A DNA stretch of 64,000 nucleotides from Candidatus Omnitrophota bacterium (GTDB lineage Bacteria > Omnitrophota > Gorgyraeia > Zapsychrales > Fredricksoniimonadaceae), in assembly GCA_028870995.1 (NCBI GenBank), contig JAGWOI010000012.1:1501-65500 (forward strand), read 5' to 3'. Positions within the stretch are counted from its first letter, which is position 1. The number at the start of each line of letters is the position of its first letter. Positions 28,091-38,381 of this stretch are shown here, piece by piece. The notes under the pieces are model-generated. The model had not been told where the DNA came from, ran no database searches, and saw only the letters and a program-made list of their open reading frames with translations. Made by a program: the position numbers and the translations under genes.

Positions 28091-30174
28091 TTGATTAAGT
28101 GCATCACTTTTTTTGCAACTTCTTCGGGCGAAATGTCCTTCATGCACGCATGCGTCCTGATCCTGCAAACGCCGGAGTAACATGGCGAACATTTCAAGGG
28201 TTTATGGAGCACCACGCTCTTTTCGGCGGGCGGCATATGACGGCGGTAATCCGTGGGGCCGAAAAAGGCAATCACAGGGATGTTCATTCCGGCCGCCACG
28301 TGCAAAGGCGCCGAATCGGGCGATATATAGACCTGACAGCGTTTGATGAGGGCGGCCAGCTGCAGGATGGTCGTCTTGCCGATAAAGCTGGCCGGCTTGG
28401 CCCGGGCCCGGGCGATCAATTGCCTGCCTAAAGGTTTGTCCTTTTCCTCGCCTGTCAAAACCACCCGGATGTTTTTCTGGCCCAACAGATCACACAATTT
28501 GACCATATGTTCGACGGGCCAATTTTTTGTGGGCCAGGCCGCGGATGCAGAGACGTTTAAACCCACAAAGACCTGAACACTGTTGAGCCACTCGCTGTCC
28601 AAAAGCTCCTGCACGTAAGCATCATCCTTGGGGGAAGGCCGCAGCTCCAGCCTTAGATCAGGGCTATAATCAATGCCAAGCATTTTTAAAATCCTGAACT
28701 GATGTTCCACCGGCGACAGGTTGCGGTGGGTATTCTTGATCTTTCTCGATAAGAGAAAACCAAATTTGCCGTTATTGTAACCATAAGATTCCTTGGGGCA
28801 GCTTAAAAAAGACAACAAATGACTGGCACGGTTGTTCTGCAGGTCCACGACCTTGTCAAAATGATAACCGCGCAATTCCATGGACTTGTGCCAAACGGCT
28901 CTAAAATCGTTCGACCTTGCGTCAAAGATCAGGGTCTCATCAACGGCACGCGAATTTTCCACCACAGGACCCGCCGGCGCCGAGGTCAGGCAGCAGATCC
29001 TGGCAGTCGGAAATTTGCGGCGGATGGCGTTAAAGGCGGCGGTGGACAAAACAACATCACCCACCGCCGTCATCTTAATGATCAAAATCTTGGTCGAAAG
29101 CATCAACTCTTCATAAACGGCGATTGTGGAGCGGGCCATCCGGCTTAAGGTGTACCGGCTTTCTATTTTCTTCTTGGCTTCCAAGACCAGGGCTGCAGCA
29201 AAATCCGGGTTGCTCAAGATGCGCACAACGGCATTGGCCATGGCCTCGTCGTCTTTAGGCAACACCAAAAGACCTGTTTTTTCGTGATCGATGATTTCCG
29301 TCACTCCGCCCACGCGTGTGGCCACCACAGGTACACCGGCAGCCTGGGCCTCGATGACCACACGGCCAAAAGCCTCCTGGGTCACCGTCGAGAGCACCAG
29401 ACAATCCGCCTTGCTCAATAATTGAGGAATATCCCGGCGGTTACCCATAAACTCAACCTGTGCCGAAATACCTAAGCGTTTGGTCAAAAGCAGCAATTCA
29501 TCCTTGTAGGCCTGTTTTTTAGCCGGAGCGTCTCCGATGATCTGCACCTTGACCGACGGCATCCGCCGGATCACGCGGGACATGGCTTTTAAAAAGTATG
29601 GGTGGCCTTTTAAAGGCGTGATACGTCCGATCATGACCACGTTATACGTCTTTTTATGGGATGGCAAGGGCCTGGCCGCATTGAACTTCTCCAAGTCCAC
29701 GCTGCGCGGGATGACCCTGATATTCTCTGCCGGCGTCTTAAAATCCTGGACCATGTGCCTGCCGACAACTTCACTGATGGCAATGACAAGCTTGCCCCAC
29801 CCCATCACCCGGCTGAAGAAGTGGGACGAATAATAACCATGACAGGTGGTGATAAAGTGGGCCTCAGTCCTGCGGCAGGCAAAAAAAGCGATCCAAGCCG
29901 GCACGCGGGAGCGGGCATGGACAATATCGATCTTTTCCTTTTTGATGATGGCCACGAGCTTGGACATGCAGCGCCAGGCGATGATGGGATTTTTGGCATG
30001 TACGGGCAGGGTATAATGCTTGGTGCCTTCAGATTGCAGCTGGGCCACCAGGGCACCGCCGTTGGAAACGACAACCGATTTATGGCCCTGGGCCACCAGG
30101 CAGCGGCTCAGATCCACAGTGCCGGTCTCGACCCCGCCGACATTAAGCTCAGGAAGGATTTGCAGGATATTCAT
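28087..30174 (-). CDS. GT4-GT9 fusion glycosyltransferase
   Basis: N-half has GGVETG, GRITPLKG and EAFGRVVIEAQAAG; C-half has TAVGDVVLST and PDSAPLHVAA. Confidence 0.9.
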   Translation of the reverse strand: MNILQILPELNVGGVETGTVDLSRCLVAQGHKSVVVSNGGALVAQLQSEGTKHYTLPVHAKNPIIAWRCMSKLVAIIKKEKIDIVHARSRVPAWIAFFACRRTEAHFITTCHGYYSSHFFSRVMGWGKLVIAISEVVGRHMVQDFKTPAENIRVIPRSVDLEKFNAARPLPSHKKTYNVVMIGRITPLKGHPYFLKAMSRVIRRMPSVKVQIIGDAPAKKQAYKDELLLLTKRLGISAQVEFMGNRRDIPQLLSKADCLVLSTVTQEAFGRVVIEAQAAGVPVVATRVGGVTEIIDHEKTGLLVLPKDDEAMANAVVRILSNPDFAAALVLEAKKKIESRYTLSRMARSTIAVYEELMLSTKILIIKMTAVGDVVLSTAAFNAIRRKFPTARICCLTSAPAGPVVENSRAVDETLIFDARSNDFRAVWHKSMELRGYHFDKVVDLQNNRASHLLSFLSCPKESYGYNNGKFGFLLSRKIKNTHRNLSPVEHQFRILKMLGIDYSPDLRLELRPSPKDDAYVQELLDSEWLNSVQVFVGLNVSASAAWPTKNWPVEHMVKLCDLLGQKNIRVVLTGEEKDKPLGRQLIARARAKPASFIGKTTILQLAALIKRCQVYISPDSAPLHVAAGMNIPVIAFFGPTDYRRHMPPAEKSVVLHKPLKCSPCYSGVCRIRTHACMKDISPEEVAKKVMHLIK

Positions 30175-32141
30175 CAGGCTATTCGCTCCAAGCCTTTTTG
30201 GATGACGGTCTGGTCATCGACGGACTTTAAACTTATTTTACAGCTGAGCAGCTGGGTGATCTTCGCCTTGATATCTTCTACGGAACTTACCATTAAGTAC
30301 CCCTGATCATTTAATTTCAATACAAAATCCTCATATTTGTCCCTGGGCTTGTCCCGGTAGCGCCCATTGGGGGAAAACACCAGGGTGCGGCGCACCGAGC
30401 ATAGCGCCTCGGAGATCATGGAAATACTTTCACCGGAAACGATGATGAGGTCTGATAAGGACAAAATACCGCCAACGGCTTCCGGCACGTTGCGCTGATT
30501 GGCAATGATGCACAATGGACAACGTTCGAAACCTTTAAGCTCGCGGGCAATGAGCCCCTCGACCTCCGGAGGCGTTCGTCTGGATGTGGTCAACAGGATA
30601 TCAGCGTTGTAATGCAAGGCTGCTTTTTTAAGCTGGTCGATCAATTCGCGGATATGGTTTTCATCGAACTTGACCCCTTCGGCATCGCCGCCCAGCAGCA
30701 CACCGAATTTGGTGCGCACATTCCCCTTTAAATGGGAATAGCATCTCAGGAGCCCCTCCTCCTGCTCTTTTAAATAAGCAGCGCTGATCAAATTAGGAGA
30801 GACCTTCGGGATTATCAAACGGGCCCGTTTGAGATCCTTAGGGCCGTCATGCTCGGGCAAGACTACGATATCAAACCGTTCATGGGAAATAATGCCCGGC
30901 GATAAAACACAAATGGAACGGGCCAGGTGATTGCGGCTCAAGATAAAATTGGCGCCGGCAGCCTGGGAACCACAGGAGATCACATAGTCCGCCTTGTATT
31001 TCATGAGCTCCTTGTAGGAATCCTCCGTCAGAAAATATTTCAAGCACTCCTCTTTTTTCAAAAAACTGAAATATTGGGACAAAAAAACATACAGAGTGAG
31101 CATCGAGGGGCTAAGCTTGTTCTGCCATTGCAATGAGACAACCGCCTCTTGGGAGGACTTGCCATTTTTCTTTAAAACCTCGCTTAAATTTCTGGATAAG
31201 GCCTGGGATTGCCTTAGATGCCCTGTCCTGCCGTCATCCACGATCAACACTTGCGCTTGATTGGAATACTTAAAAACCTTGTAAAACCACAAGTATTCAT
31301 CCGGATGTTCTTTAAGCAGCTCTTCGAACTGCGCCACGCCTTTGCCTATATTGGCCCTGACGTCTTTTTCCATGTCTCCGGTTTGCGTTAATTCAAGAGG
31401 CGGAAAAACCTTCAGCAGGTGTTTGCCGTCCGGGCGCCTTTCTATCCACGCCGGGCACAGGGCGCAGCCGTACTTCAACGCCAGGCGCAGGGCGCCGGTG
31501 GACATGGAAGCGGTCTTGCCCATAAAAGGAACAACCAGTCCTGTTTTGCCTCCCTGGTCAAGGACAAGGGAGACGACCTCGTTGTTCTGGAGGGCCTTGA
31601 TGATCTCCTTGCCTCCACCGCCGGTGGTGATCACGCGAGCGCCGGCGATGGTACGGTATTCATTAAGCATCTTGTCGAGTTGGGGGAATCTGGGCTGTTC
31701 ATTGACCACAACGTGGTAGGAACCCTGGGTGACCCCGCCGATGATGCTGGCCAGTTCCCAGCTTCCGGAATGAATGGCCAAAAAGATAACACCCTTGCCT
31801 CGGGCCAACGCCTCATCAATGTTCTTCTGGCCTTCCAGGTCGACAAACCGGTCAAGGCCCAAACTCTTGATCTTAGGCAGGCATAAGAGCTCAACGACAC
31901 TTTGGATAAAATTGATAAAAACTCTTTTGCCTAAAAGGCGCAATTGGGCCGGCTCAAGCTTGCCGGCGAACACGGTCTTCAGGTTGGCGTAAACCACCTT
32001 TCTTTTCTTGGACAAACAGGTATAACCGATACGGCCCAGGAGGCGCCCCAGCCAAAGGCTCGTCCTCATAGGCAACAGCATAAAAAGAAAAGCTGCCGTC
32101 TTAACGCAGGCAAATAGAACTGATTTTTTCAAAAAATTCAT
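30174..32141 (-). CDS. lipid A late acyltransferase (LpxL/HtrB) fused to an ELM1/GtrOC1-like domain
   Basis: HSGSWE catalytic motif and LDQ...P.EYLWFYK, then DGRTGHLRQS, LLGG, TTSRRTP and VSGESISMISEA. AAGGAG SD before ATG 32141. Confidence 0.85.
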   Translation of the reverse strand: MNFLKKSVLFACVKTAAFLFMLLPMRTSLWLGRLLGRIGYTCLSKKRKVVYANLKTVFAGKLEPAQLRLLGKRVFINFIQSVVELLCLPKIKSLGLDRFVDLEGQKNIDEALARGKGVIFLAIHSGSWELASIIGGVTQGSYHVVVNEQPRFPQLDKMLNEYRTIAGARVITTGGGGKEIIKALQNNEVVSLVLDQGGKTGLVVPFMGKTASMSTGALRLALKYGCALCPAWIERRPDGKHLLKVFPPLELTQTGDMEKDVRANIGKGVAQFEELLKEHPDEYLWFYKVFKYSNQAQVLIVDDGRTGHLRQSQALSRNLSEVLKKNGKSSQEAVVSLQWQNKLSPSMLTLYVFLSQYFSFLKKEECLKYFLTEDSYKELMKYKADYVISCGSQAAGANFILSRNHLARSICVLSPGIISHERFDIVVLPEHDGPKDLKRARLIIPKVSPNLISAAYLKEQEEGLLRCYSHLKGNVRTKFGVLLGGDAEGVKFDENHIRELIDQLKKAALHYNADILLTTSRRTPPEVEGLIARELKGFERCPLCIIANQRNVPEAVGGILSLSDLIIVSGESISMISEALCSVRRTLVFSPNGRYRDKPRDKYEDFVLKLNDQGYLMVSSVEDIKAKITQLLSCKISLKSVDDQTVIQKGLERIA

Positions 32142-33144
32142 CGGCTCCTTTGGTGATTTCCAGCTGTACCGGCACATAGACCAGGCGCAGGCCCGTAAAC
32201 AAACTCTTGAATGAACGTAATTTCACCGTATCCTTATGGGTGGTGACCAAAACTTCGATCTGCTGCGAACGGCAATACGCCGTCATGTGCCGTATATCAC
32301 CGGCGTTATAGGCATGATGGTCCATGTAGGTAAAGAATTTAACGGCCTGGACCGACGAATTCTTCAAGGTCAATTCGAAAGAAAGCGGATCGCCGATGGC
32401 ACAAAACCCCACCACCCGCTTCTGGTTCAGGAAATCCGGGGGCATGATCGTCCCGTCAAAAGCATCAATGGTGGCCCCGCTCTTATAAATACTTTCCATG
32501 ATCAAGGCTTTCGGGTTTAACTTCTGAAGCCGCGATGTCAAAGCAGTTATATTTTTAGAAGCGCTGGTCTTGGTCAATATAAAAACATCCGCGCGTCTCA
32601 AGGCTGATAAAGGTTCCCGCAGGACGCCTGCCGGCAGCAAATAGCCGTTGCCGAAAGGATTGACGGCATCGATGGTCACGATGTTCAGATCACGGTGCAG
32701 GGGCCAGTGCTGGAAGGCATCATCGCAGATGTAGACATCTGCCGGGAGCGTCGATTCAGCCTCGCGGATATTGGCAGAGCGGTCCCCCCCTGCCAGCACC
32801 GGAATATAGGGGATCTGTTCATTAAGCATGTCCACTTCGTCGCTAATTTTCGAAATTTGGGGTTTATAACCGCGGATAAGCACGATCGATTTGAATCCCT
32901 TGTTTTGTAAATTTTTAGCAAGCCAAATAACCAAGGGAGTCTTCCCTGTCCCTCCCACCGTAATGTTGCCGATGCTGATCACGGGTTTGGGGGCCTTGTA
33001 TATGCCCTTCAGACGGCAAAGGTTGCGATGGCAAACAACACCCCATTCATACACCATAGAGAAAGGCACCAGCAAATACATGATCAATTGGCCTATAAAG
33101 CTGGTGTTTTGCCCCTTCATGATGGAAAGCAAATAGGCCTTCAT
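32101..33144 (-). CDS. lpxK: tetraacyldisaccharide 4'-kinase
   Basis: ISIGNITVGGTGKTP, DDAFQH, LLPAGVLREP, DHH and TTHKD motifs. Confidence 0.95.
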   Translation of the reverse strand: MKAYLLSIMKGQNTSFIGQLIMYLLVPFSMVYEWGVVCHRNLCRLKGIYKAPKPVISIGNITVGGTGKTPLVIWLAKNLQNKGFKSIVLIRGYKPQISKISDEVDMLNEQIPYIPVLAGGDRSANIREAESTLPADVYICDDAFQHWPLHRDLNIVTIDAVNPFGNGYLLPAGVLREPLSALRRADVFILTKTSASKNITALTSRLQKLNPKALIMESIYKSGATIDAFDGTIMPPDFLNQKRVVGFCAIGDPLSFELTLKNSSVQAVKFFTYMDHHAYNAGDIRHMTAYCRSQQIEVLVTTHKDTVKLRSFKSLFTGLRLVYVPVQLEITKGADEFFEKISSICLR

Positions 33145-34394
33145 TGTAAAAATCCCGCCAGGTATTCCAGGCAGCGCTCAGTGGCGCCCTGATTAACGGC
33201 AACAACTTCTTTGGCCGCATCCCCTAACGCCCGGCGCCTTTCTTCATCCGCGCCCAAGGAAAGGACCGCCTTCTCAAAACTTTCCGGGTCCGCCACCTGG
33301 ACAAGGGCCTCGCGTTCTTTAAAGCAGGCAACGATGTCCCTGAAATTCTGCACATGAGGACCGATGATGACGGCCTTGCCATAGGAAGCAGGCTCAATGA
33401 TATTTTGCCCCCCGCCCTTGACCAGGCTTTTGCCTACGAAAACGAGCGAGGCCACGGAATACAAAGAGCGCAGCTGACCGATGGTATCCACAATGACAAC
33501 AGTGTCCCTGGCTAAAGCTTTCTTGTCCCATTGGGAGAATTTAACGGATTTCATGGCGCGCCCTGCAATAAGCTGCATGATCTTATCCGTTCTTTCCACG
33601 TGCCGGGGGGCGATGATCAAACGCCATTGGGGGTAATGTTCAATAAGCTTGATATAAGCATCAAGCACCATGTCTTCTTCGCCCGGATGGGTGGAACCCG
33701 CCACCCACCAATTGCGTCCCTGTTCCCAAGACCAGACGGATGATTGCGCAGGCTTGACCGGCTCGTCAAATTTAATATTGCCGACAACAACCACCTTCGA
33801 GGCTTCAGCGCCCAGATCGATGACCCTGTCAGCATCAGTCTTGCTTTGCATGCACCAAACCCGGATTTGATTTAAAACATTTCTTAGCAGAAGGCGGACC
33901 CATTTGTAACGGCTGAAAGACGCATCCGAAATACGGCCATTAATGACAACCGCCGGGATATTCTTTAAATGAAGTCTCCTGAAAAGATTCGGCCATATTT
34001 CAGTCTCCACGGCTATGTATAATTTGGGAGCGATCAGTTTGACAAAACGGCTGGTCACCCAGCTGAAATCCACGGGTGAAGGCACAACCAAAGCCTTCCC
34101 CCTCAAGCGTTCGCAGGCAAGCGCATATCCGGTTTTGGTTGTAACGGTGACAACAAACTGGTAGGCCGGATAAAGCTGTCTTAAACGGGACAAAAAATTA
34201 TCAATGACCATCACCTCGCCGACGCTGACGCCGTGCAGCCATATATTGGTATTTTGCTTTATCTGACGTTCGATCTCTGGGTCAAAACGCCCTGTCCTCA
34301 TGGAAAATCCTGTATATCCCCGGCCGGTCAGCAGCAAATACGGCAGGTACAGCAACGCATAAAATAATAAAATAAAATTATACAGGACGAGCAT
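33141..34394 (-). CDS. waaA: Kdo transferase
   Basis: WLHGVSVGE, ETEIWPN, GNIKFD, AGSTHPGEE, APRH, DTIGQL and GGQNIIEPA. ATG 34394 lies 6 nt after a TATAAT. Confidence 0.96.
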   Translation of the reverse strand: MLVLYNFILLFYALLYLPYLLLTGRGYTGFSMRTGRFDPEIERQIKQNTNIWLHGVSVGEVMVIDNFLSRLRQLYPAYQFVVTVTTKTGYALACERLRGKALVVPSPVDFSWVTSRFVKLIAPKLYIAVETEIWPNLFRRLHLKNIPAVVINGRISDASFSRYKWVRLLLRNVLNQIRVWCMQSKTDADRVIDLGAEASKVVVVGNIKFDEPVKPAQSSVWSWEQGRNWWVAGSTHPGEEDMVLDAYIKLIEHYPQWRLIIAPRHVERTDKIMQLIAGRAMKSVKFSQWDKKALARDTVVIVDTIGQLRSLYSVASLVFVGKSLVKGGGQNIIEPASYGKAVIIGPHVQNFRDIVACFKEREALVQVADPESFEKAVLSLGADEERRRALGDAAKEVVAVNQGATERCLEYLAGFLQ

Positions 34395-34445
34395 GTACTT
34401 ATTATAACTTTTCATTTTCAAAAAACATTAAGATTTATATCTATA

Positions 34446-35306
34446 TTAAGCGCGCGGGTGGGCCTTATCGTAAATTCTTTTGAGCTTGTCCGTGGTCAGG
34501 TGGGTGTAGATCTGTGTCGTGGAAAGGTTCACATGCCCTAAAAGCTCCTGCACACTGCGCAGGTCGGCCCCATGGTCCAAGAGATGGGTGGCAAAGGAAT
34601 GGCGGAACATGTGCGGCGTGACATGCTGGGCCGCGGCCTGTTCGAGGATGTATTTATTGATGATATTGCGCACACTGCGGTCAGTCAAGGGGGTGCCGTT
34701 CTTGTTGAGAAAAACAGCCTGGGCTTTGACCTTGCGTTTGTCCAAATAGTCCTTTAGAGCATACAACGCCTTATCGCCGATGGGCACGATGCGCTCCTTC
34801 TTGCCCTTGCCCATGACCTTGATGACGTTGCTGATAAAATCCACGTCGTCCGTCTTGAGGCCCACCAGCTCACTCACCCGGATGCCTGTTGAATAAAGCA
34901 CCTCGAAAATGGCCCTGTCCCGGAAAGAACTAATTTTGTCGCTGCGGGGCGCCTCGAGGATCTTAACGGTCTCCTCCTCCGTCATAAAATGCGGCAGGGG
35001 CTTGTCGAGCTTTGGGGTCACTAAAAGCTTGGCCGGGTTGGAAGACAGCACGCCTTCCCGTTGAAGAAATTTAAAAAATGAACGCAGGGCCGAAAGCTTG
35101 CGGCTGACGCTGCGCGGCTTTAAATTCCGCGCCTTAAGCAGGGCTAAAAACCGCCGCAGGTCGGGATACCCCGCCTTCTTGACAGGGGTATTGCCCAAAA
35201 ATGCGGCGAATTCCTGAAGATCGATCCGGTAATTAAGCGTGGTATGGCTGGAATAATTCTTTTCGACTTCTAGGTAGGTGAAAAATTTATCCAGATATTC
35301 GATCAT
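34446..35306 (-). CDS. xerC: tyrosine recombinase XerC
   Basis: RDRAIFEVLYSTGIRVSEL, GKGKKER, PHMFRHSFATHLL and LLGH..LSTTQIYTH; topA-xerC synteny. Confidence 0.88.
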   Translation of the reverse strand: MIEYLDKFFTYLEVEKNYSSHTTLNYRIDLQEFAAFLGNTPVKKAGYPDLRRFLALLKARNLKPRSVSRKLSALRSFFKFLQREGVLSSNPAKLLVTPKLDKPLPHFMTEEETVKILEAPRSDKISSFRDRAIFEVLYSTGIRVSELVGLKTDDVDFISNVIKVMGKGKKERIVPIGDKALYALKDYLDKRKVKAQAVFLNKNGTPLTDRSVRNIINKYILEQAAAQHVTPHMFRHSFATHLLDHGADLRSVQELLGHVNLSTTQIYTHLTTDKLKRIYDKAHPRA

Positions 35307-37264
35307 GGATTGGCAGCCGGAAGCTTATTGGCAATGAACTTGCATTCTGGGTAACGGCTGCACCCGTAGAAAACCGCACCGCGGTGCGAACGGCGTTCGA
35401 CCAATTCCCCGGTACAGCCGGGCGAAGGGCATTTGACTCCGGTGGTAAAAGGTTCCGCATGTTTGCAGGCAGGGAAACCCGTACAACTGATAAAACGGCC
35501 ACGGCGTCCCCACTTGACCGCCAGGGGCTTGCCGCATTCAGGGCAATTTTTATCAATGAAGGTTTGTGTCTTTTGGATATTGGCTTGGGCAAAATCGAGG
35601 TCTTCCTTAAAAGGACCCCAAAAGTCACCCAGGACCTTGGCATACGCGTTGACCCCTTCTTCAATGGAATCCAGTTCCTCTTCCATCGTCGCGGTAAAAC
35701 CGATATCCATGATCTTCTTAAAATATTCCATGAGCAAATGACAGATCTTGATCCCCAATTCCGTGGCAGTGAAGTAACCGCGCTCGCGCACCACATAATT
35801 ACGGTAAACCAGGGTCTGGATGATGGAAGCATAGGTGGATGGCCGGCCGATCCCCTGTTCTTCCAGGGCCTTGACCAGGCTCGCTTCCGAATACCTCGCC
35901 GGAGGTTTGGTGAAATGCTGGGTCGGTTTAACCTCCAGCAAGTCAAGCGCATCTCCTTCGGCATACAGGGAAGGATCCAATTTAATGTCCTGGTCCTCAT
36001 TGTCCCTGTACATGGTCAAATAACCGGGAAACGCCAGGATCGACCCCGAAGCCCCAAATTGAAACCGCCCGGCTGCGATCTCGATCTTGGTCTGCTCGAA
36101 AACAGCAGGCATCATCTGGCAGCTGATAAATCTCTTCCAGATAAGGTCATATAAGCGGTATTGATCATCGGTCAGGTACTGTTTAAGGCTCTCCGGTTTT
36201 CGGGAAATCACGCTGGGACGGATGGCCTCATGGGCTTCCTGGGCACTTTTCTTGGATTTGAATTTATTGGGCTGCTCAGGCAGGTATGGGGCGCCGTGGT
36301 CCTTTTTGATCAACTCCCTGACCTTCTCAATGGCCTCGGCCGCGATATTGACGGAATCCGTACGCATATAGGTAATAAGCCCTTCAGGCTCTTCTTCGCC
36401 GATGGCGATACCTTCGTACAACTCCTGGGCAATGGACATGGTTTTTGAGGTATTGAAACCTAATTTGCTGAAAGCCTCCTGCTGCAGGGTGCTGGTGATG
36501 AACGGGGCCGGCGCATTGCGCTTGACCTGTTTGGTGTTGATGGCGGAGATCTTAAAGGGGGACTTTCTGATCTCATCGACAATGCTTTCAGTCTGCGGCT
36601 GGTTCTTGAGGTCTATTTTCTCCCCATCGATCTTTTCCAAATTAGCCGTCAAGATGTCTTTAACGCCCTTCTTTTGCAGGTCAACGGCGATCTGCCAATA
36701 TTCCTGGGGCACAAAACTTTTGATAGCCTCTTCACGCTCCACTATGAGGCGCAGGGCAACGGACTGCACGCGCCCGGCGCTCAAGCGGGAGCCGACCTTC
36801 TCCCACAACAAGGGGCTGATCTGATAACCCACCATGCGGTCTAAAACACGGCGGGCGTTCTGGGCGTCGACTAGCTTCCGGTTAAATTCGCGGGGGTGCT
36901 CAAAAGCCTTCTTGACCGCCTCACGGGTGATCTCATGGAAAACCACCCTCTGGACCTTCTTGCCCTTGGCGATGTGTTCGATCAGGTTCCAGCCGATGGC
37001 TTCCCCTTCACGGTCAGGGTCGGTGGCGATATAAATTTCCTCGACCTCTTTGGCTTCCTTTTTTAATTTGGCCATGGTCTTTTGCTTGTCACGCACAACG
37101 ATAAACCTGGCCTCAAAATCCTTGTCCACGTCCACGCCAAGCGTGGACTTGGGCAGATCGATCAAGTGCCCCATGGAAGCGGTGACCTTGTATTTGGATC
37201 CTAAAATTTTATTGATCGTCTTGACCTTAGCCGGCGATTCGACGATGACTAATGCTTTTGACAT
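35303..37264 (-). CDS. topA: DNA topoisomerase I
   Basis: IVESPAK, DPDREGEAI, SAGRVQS, ITYMRTDS, GIGRPSTY and two C-terminal zinc ribbons. Confidence 0.98.
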   Translation of the reverse strand: MSKALVIVESPAKVKTINKILGSKYKVTASMGHLIDLPKSTLGVDVDKDFEARFIVVRDKQKTMAKLKKEAKEVEEIYIATDPDREGEAIGWNLIEHIAKGKKVQRVVFHEITREAVKKAFEHPREFNRKLVDAQNARRVLDRMVGYQISPLLWEKVGSRLSAGRVQSVALRLIVEREEAIKSFVPQEYWQIAVDLQKKGVKDILTANLEKIDGEKIDLKNQPQTESIVDEIRKSPFKISAINTKQVKRNAPAPFITSTLQQEAFSKLGFNTSKTMSIAQELYEGIAIGEEEPEGLITYMRTDSVNIAAEAIEKVRELIKKDHGAPYLPEQPNKFKSKKSAQEAHEAIRPSVISRKPESLKQYLTDDQYRLYDLIWKRFISCQMMPAVFEQTKIEIAAGRFQFGASGSILAFPGYLTMYRDNEDQDIKLDPSLYAEGDALDLLEVKPTQHFTKPPARYSEASLVKALEEQGIGRPSTYASIIQTLVYRNYVVRERGYFTATELGIKICHLLMEYFKKIMDIGFTATMEEELDSIEEGVNAYAKVLGDFWGPFKEDLDFAQANIQKTQTFIDKNCPECGKPLAVKWGRRGRFISCTGFPACKHAEPFTTGVKCPSPGCTGELVERRSHRGAVFYGCSRYPECKFIANKLPAANP

Positions 37265-37267
37265 GAT

Positions 37268-38353
37268 CTATTTCCTAACGTAATATTGACCGGGCAGCTG
37301 CCTGATCAGATGCTTTAATTCAAGACTTAAAGCAATATTGATAAGACGGCTGATATCAAATCCTGTTTCCTGGACCAGCTCATCTAAATGCACCGGCGCA
37401 GAGCCGATGCAGGGATAAACTCTGGATTGCTCATCACTGAGCAGGACAACCTTCTGGTCCTGCCCCCCGGAGAATGGCCTGTGCTCTCCCATAATGCGCG
37501 CCAGCACATCATCGGGAGTCAGCGCCATACAGGCTCCGTCGCGGATCAACTGGTTGCTGCCCAGGCCATGCTCATTATCGATATTCGACGGCAAAACAAA
37601 CACATCCTTGTGTTGCGCCTGCGCATAATCGGCGGTGATCAACGCTCCGCTTCTAAGCCCCGCTTCGATGACTACCGTGGCACGGGACAGGCCGCTGATG
37701 ATGCGGTTACGCCACGGGAAATTATGCTTCAACGGCGGCATCGAAAAAGCAAACTCTGAAACAACGCACCCCTGGGAACTGATCCTTTCCATAAGAGGAA
37801 TGTTTTCCTTAGGGTACATATGGTTAAATCCGCAGCCGATGACAGCCACGGTGGTACCGTCCGCCTCCAAGGCACCCTGATGGGAGGCGGTATCAATGCC
37901 GCGCGCCAGGCCGGAGACAACCGTCAGGCCGGCTTCGACAAAGGTCCGGGCAAAAAATTTAGCCGATCGGCAGCCGTAAAAACTGGCCGCCCTCGAACCA
38001 ACCAGGGCCACGGACGGCTGGTGCAAGACCTCCATGCGCCCTTTAAGATAGAGCACCACCGGCGCATCATCAAAACCATTCAAAGAACCGGGAAAGTTCT
38101 CTTCAACTGCCGTAAGAGCAACAATTCCTTTGCGTTGCATCAGATTATATTCGTCTTGCAGGAATTTGTCTTTAGAAAAATTTAATATGTTTGTAACAAG
38201 CTCTAATGAAAGCAATTTAGATAAGGCCAATTGCTCCCGGCCGGCCCCTAAAACCGCCTGAGCGCCGCCAAAGAGCGCCATCAGTTTGCGGATGCGCACA
38301 GCGCCCAGGTCAGGCACGGCGTTCAAGACCAGCAAAGCCTCCCGCTCTGTCAT
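37268..38353 (-). CDS. dprA: DNA-processing protein DprA
   Basis: VGSR, VSGLARGID, FPWRNRIISGLS, SGALITA and LELK...PG motifs. Confidence 0.95.
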   Translation of the reverse strand: MTEREALLVLNAVPDLGAVRIRKLMALFGGAQAVLGAGREQLALSKLLSLELVTNILNFSKDKFLQDEYNLMQRKGIVALTAVEENFPGSLNGFDDAPVVLYLKGRMEVLHQPSVALVGSRAASFYGCRSAKFFARTFVEAGLTVVSGLARGIDTASHQGALEADGTTVAVIGCGFNHMYPKENIPLMERISSQGCVVSEFAFSMPPLKHNFPWRNRIISGLSRATVVIEAGLRSGALITADYAQAQHKDVFVLPSNIDNEHGLGSNQLIRDGACMALTPDDVLARIMGEHRPFSGGQDQKVVLLSDEQSRVYPCIGSAPVHLDELVQETGFDISRLINIALSLELKHLIRQLPGQYYVRK

Positions 38354-38381
38354 AATTCCTCCTCAGGGATAAGGGACAATA

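Noticed and set aside
34446-35306. Tyrosine recombinase as a mobile-element integrase
   Set aside because: Housekeeping XerC size, motifs and dprA-topA-xerC context; no att sites or cargo seen.
35287-36000. 237-aa alternative-frame ORF inside topA
   Set aside because: Out-of-frame overlap with an intact conserved gene; R/S/W-rich composition.
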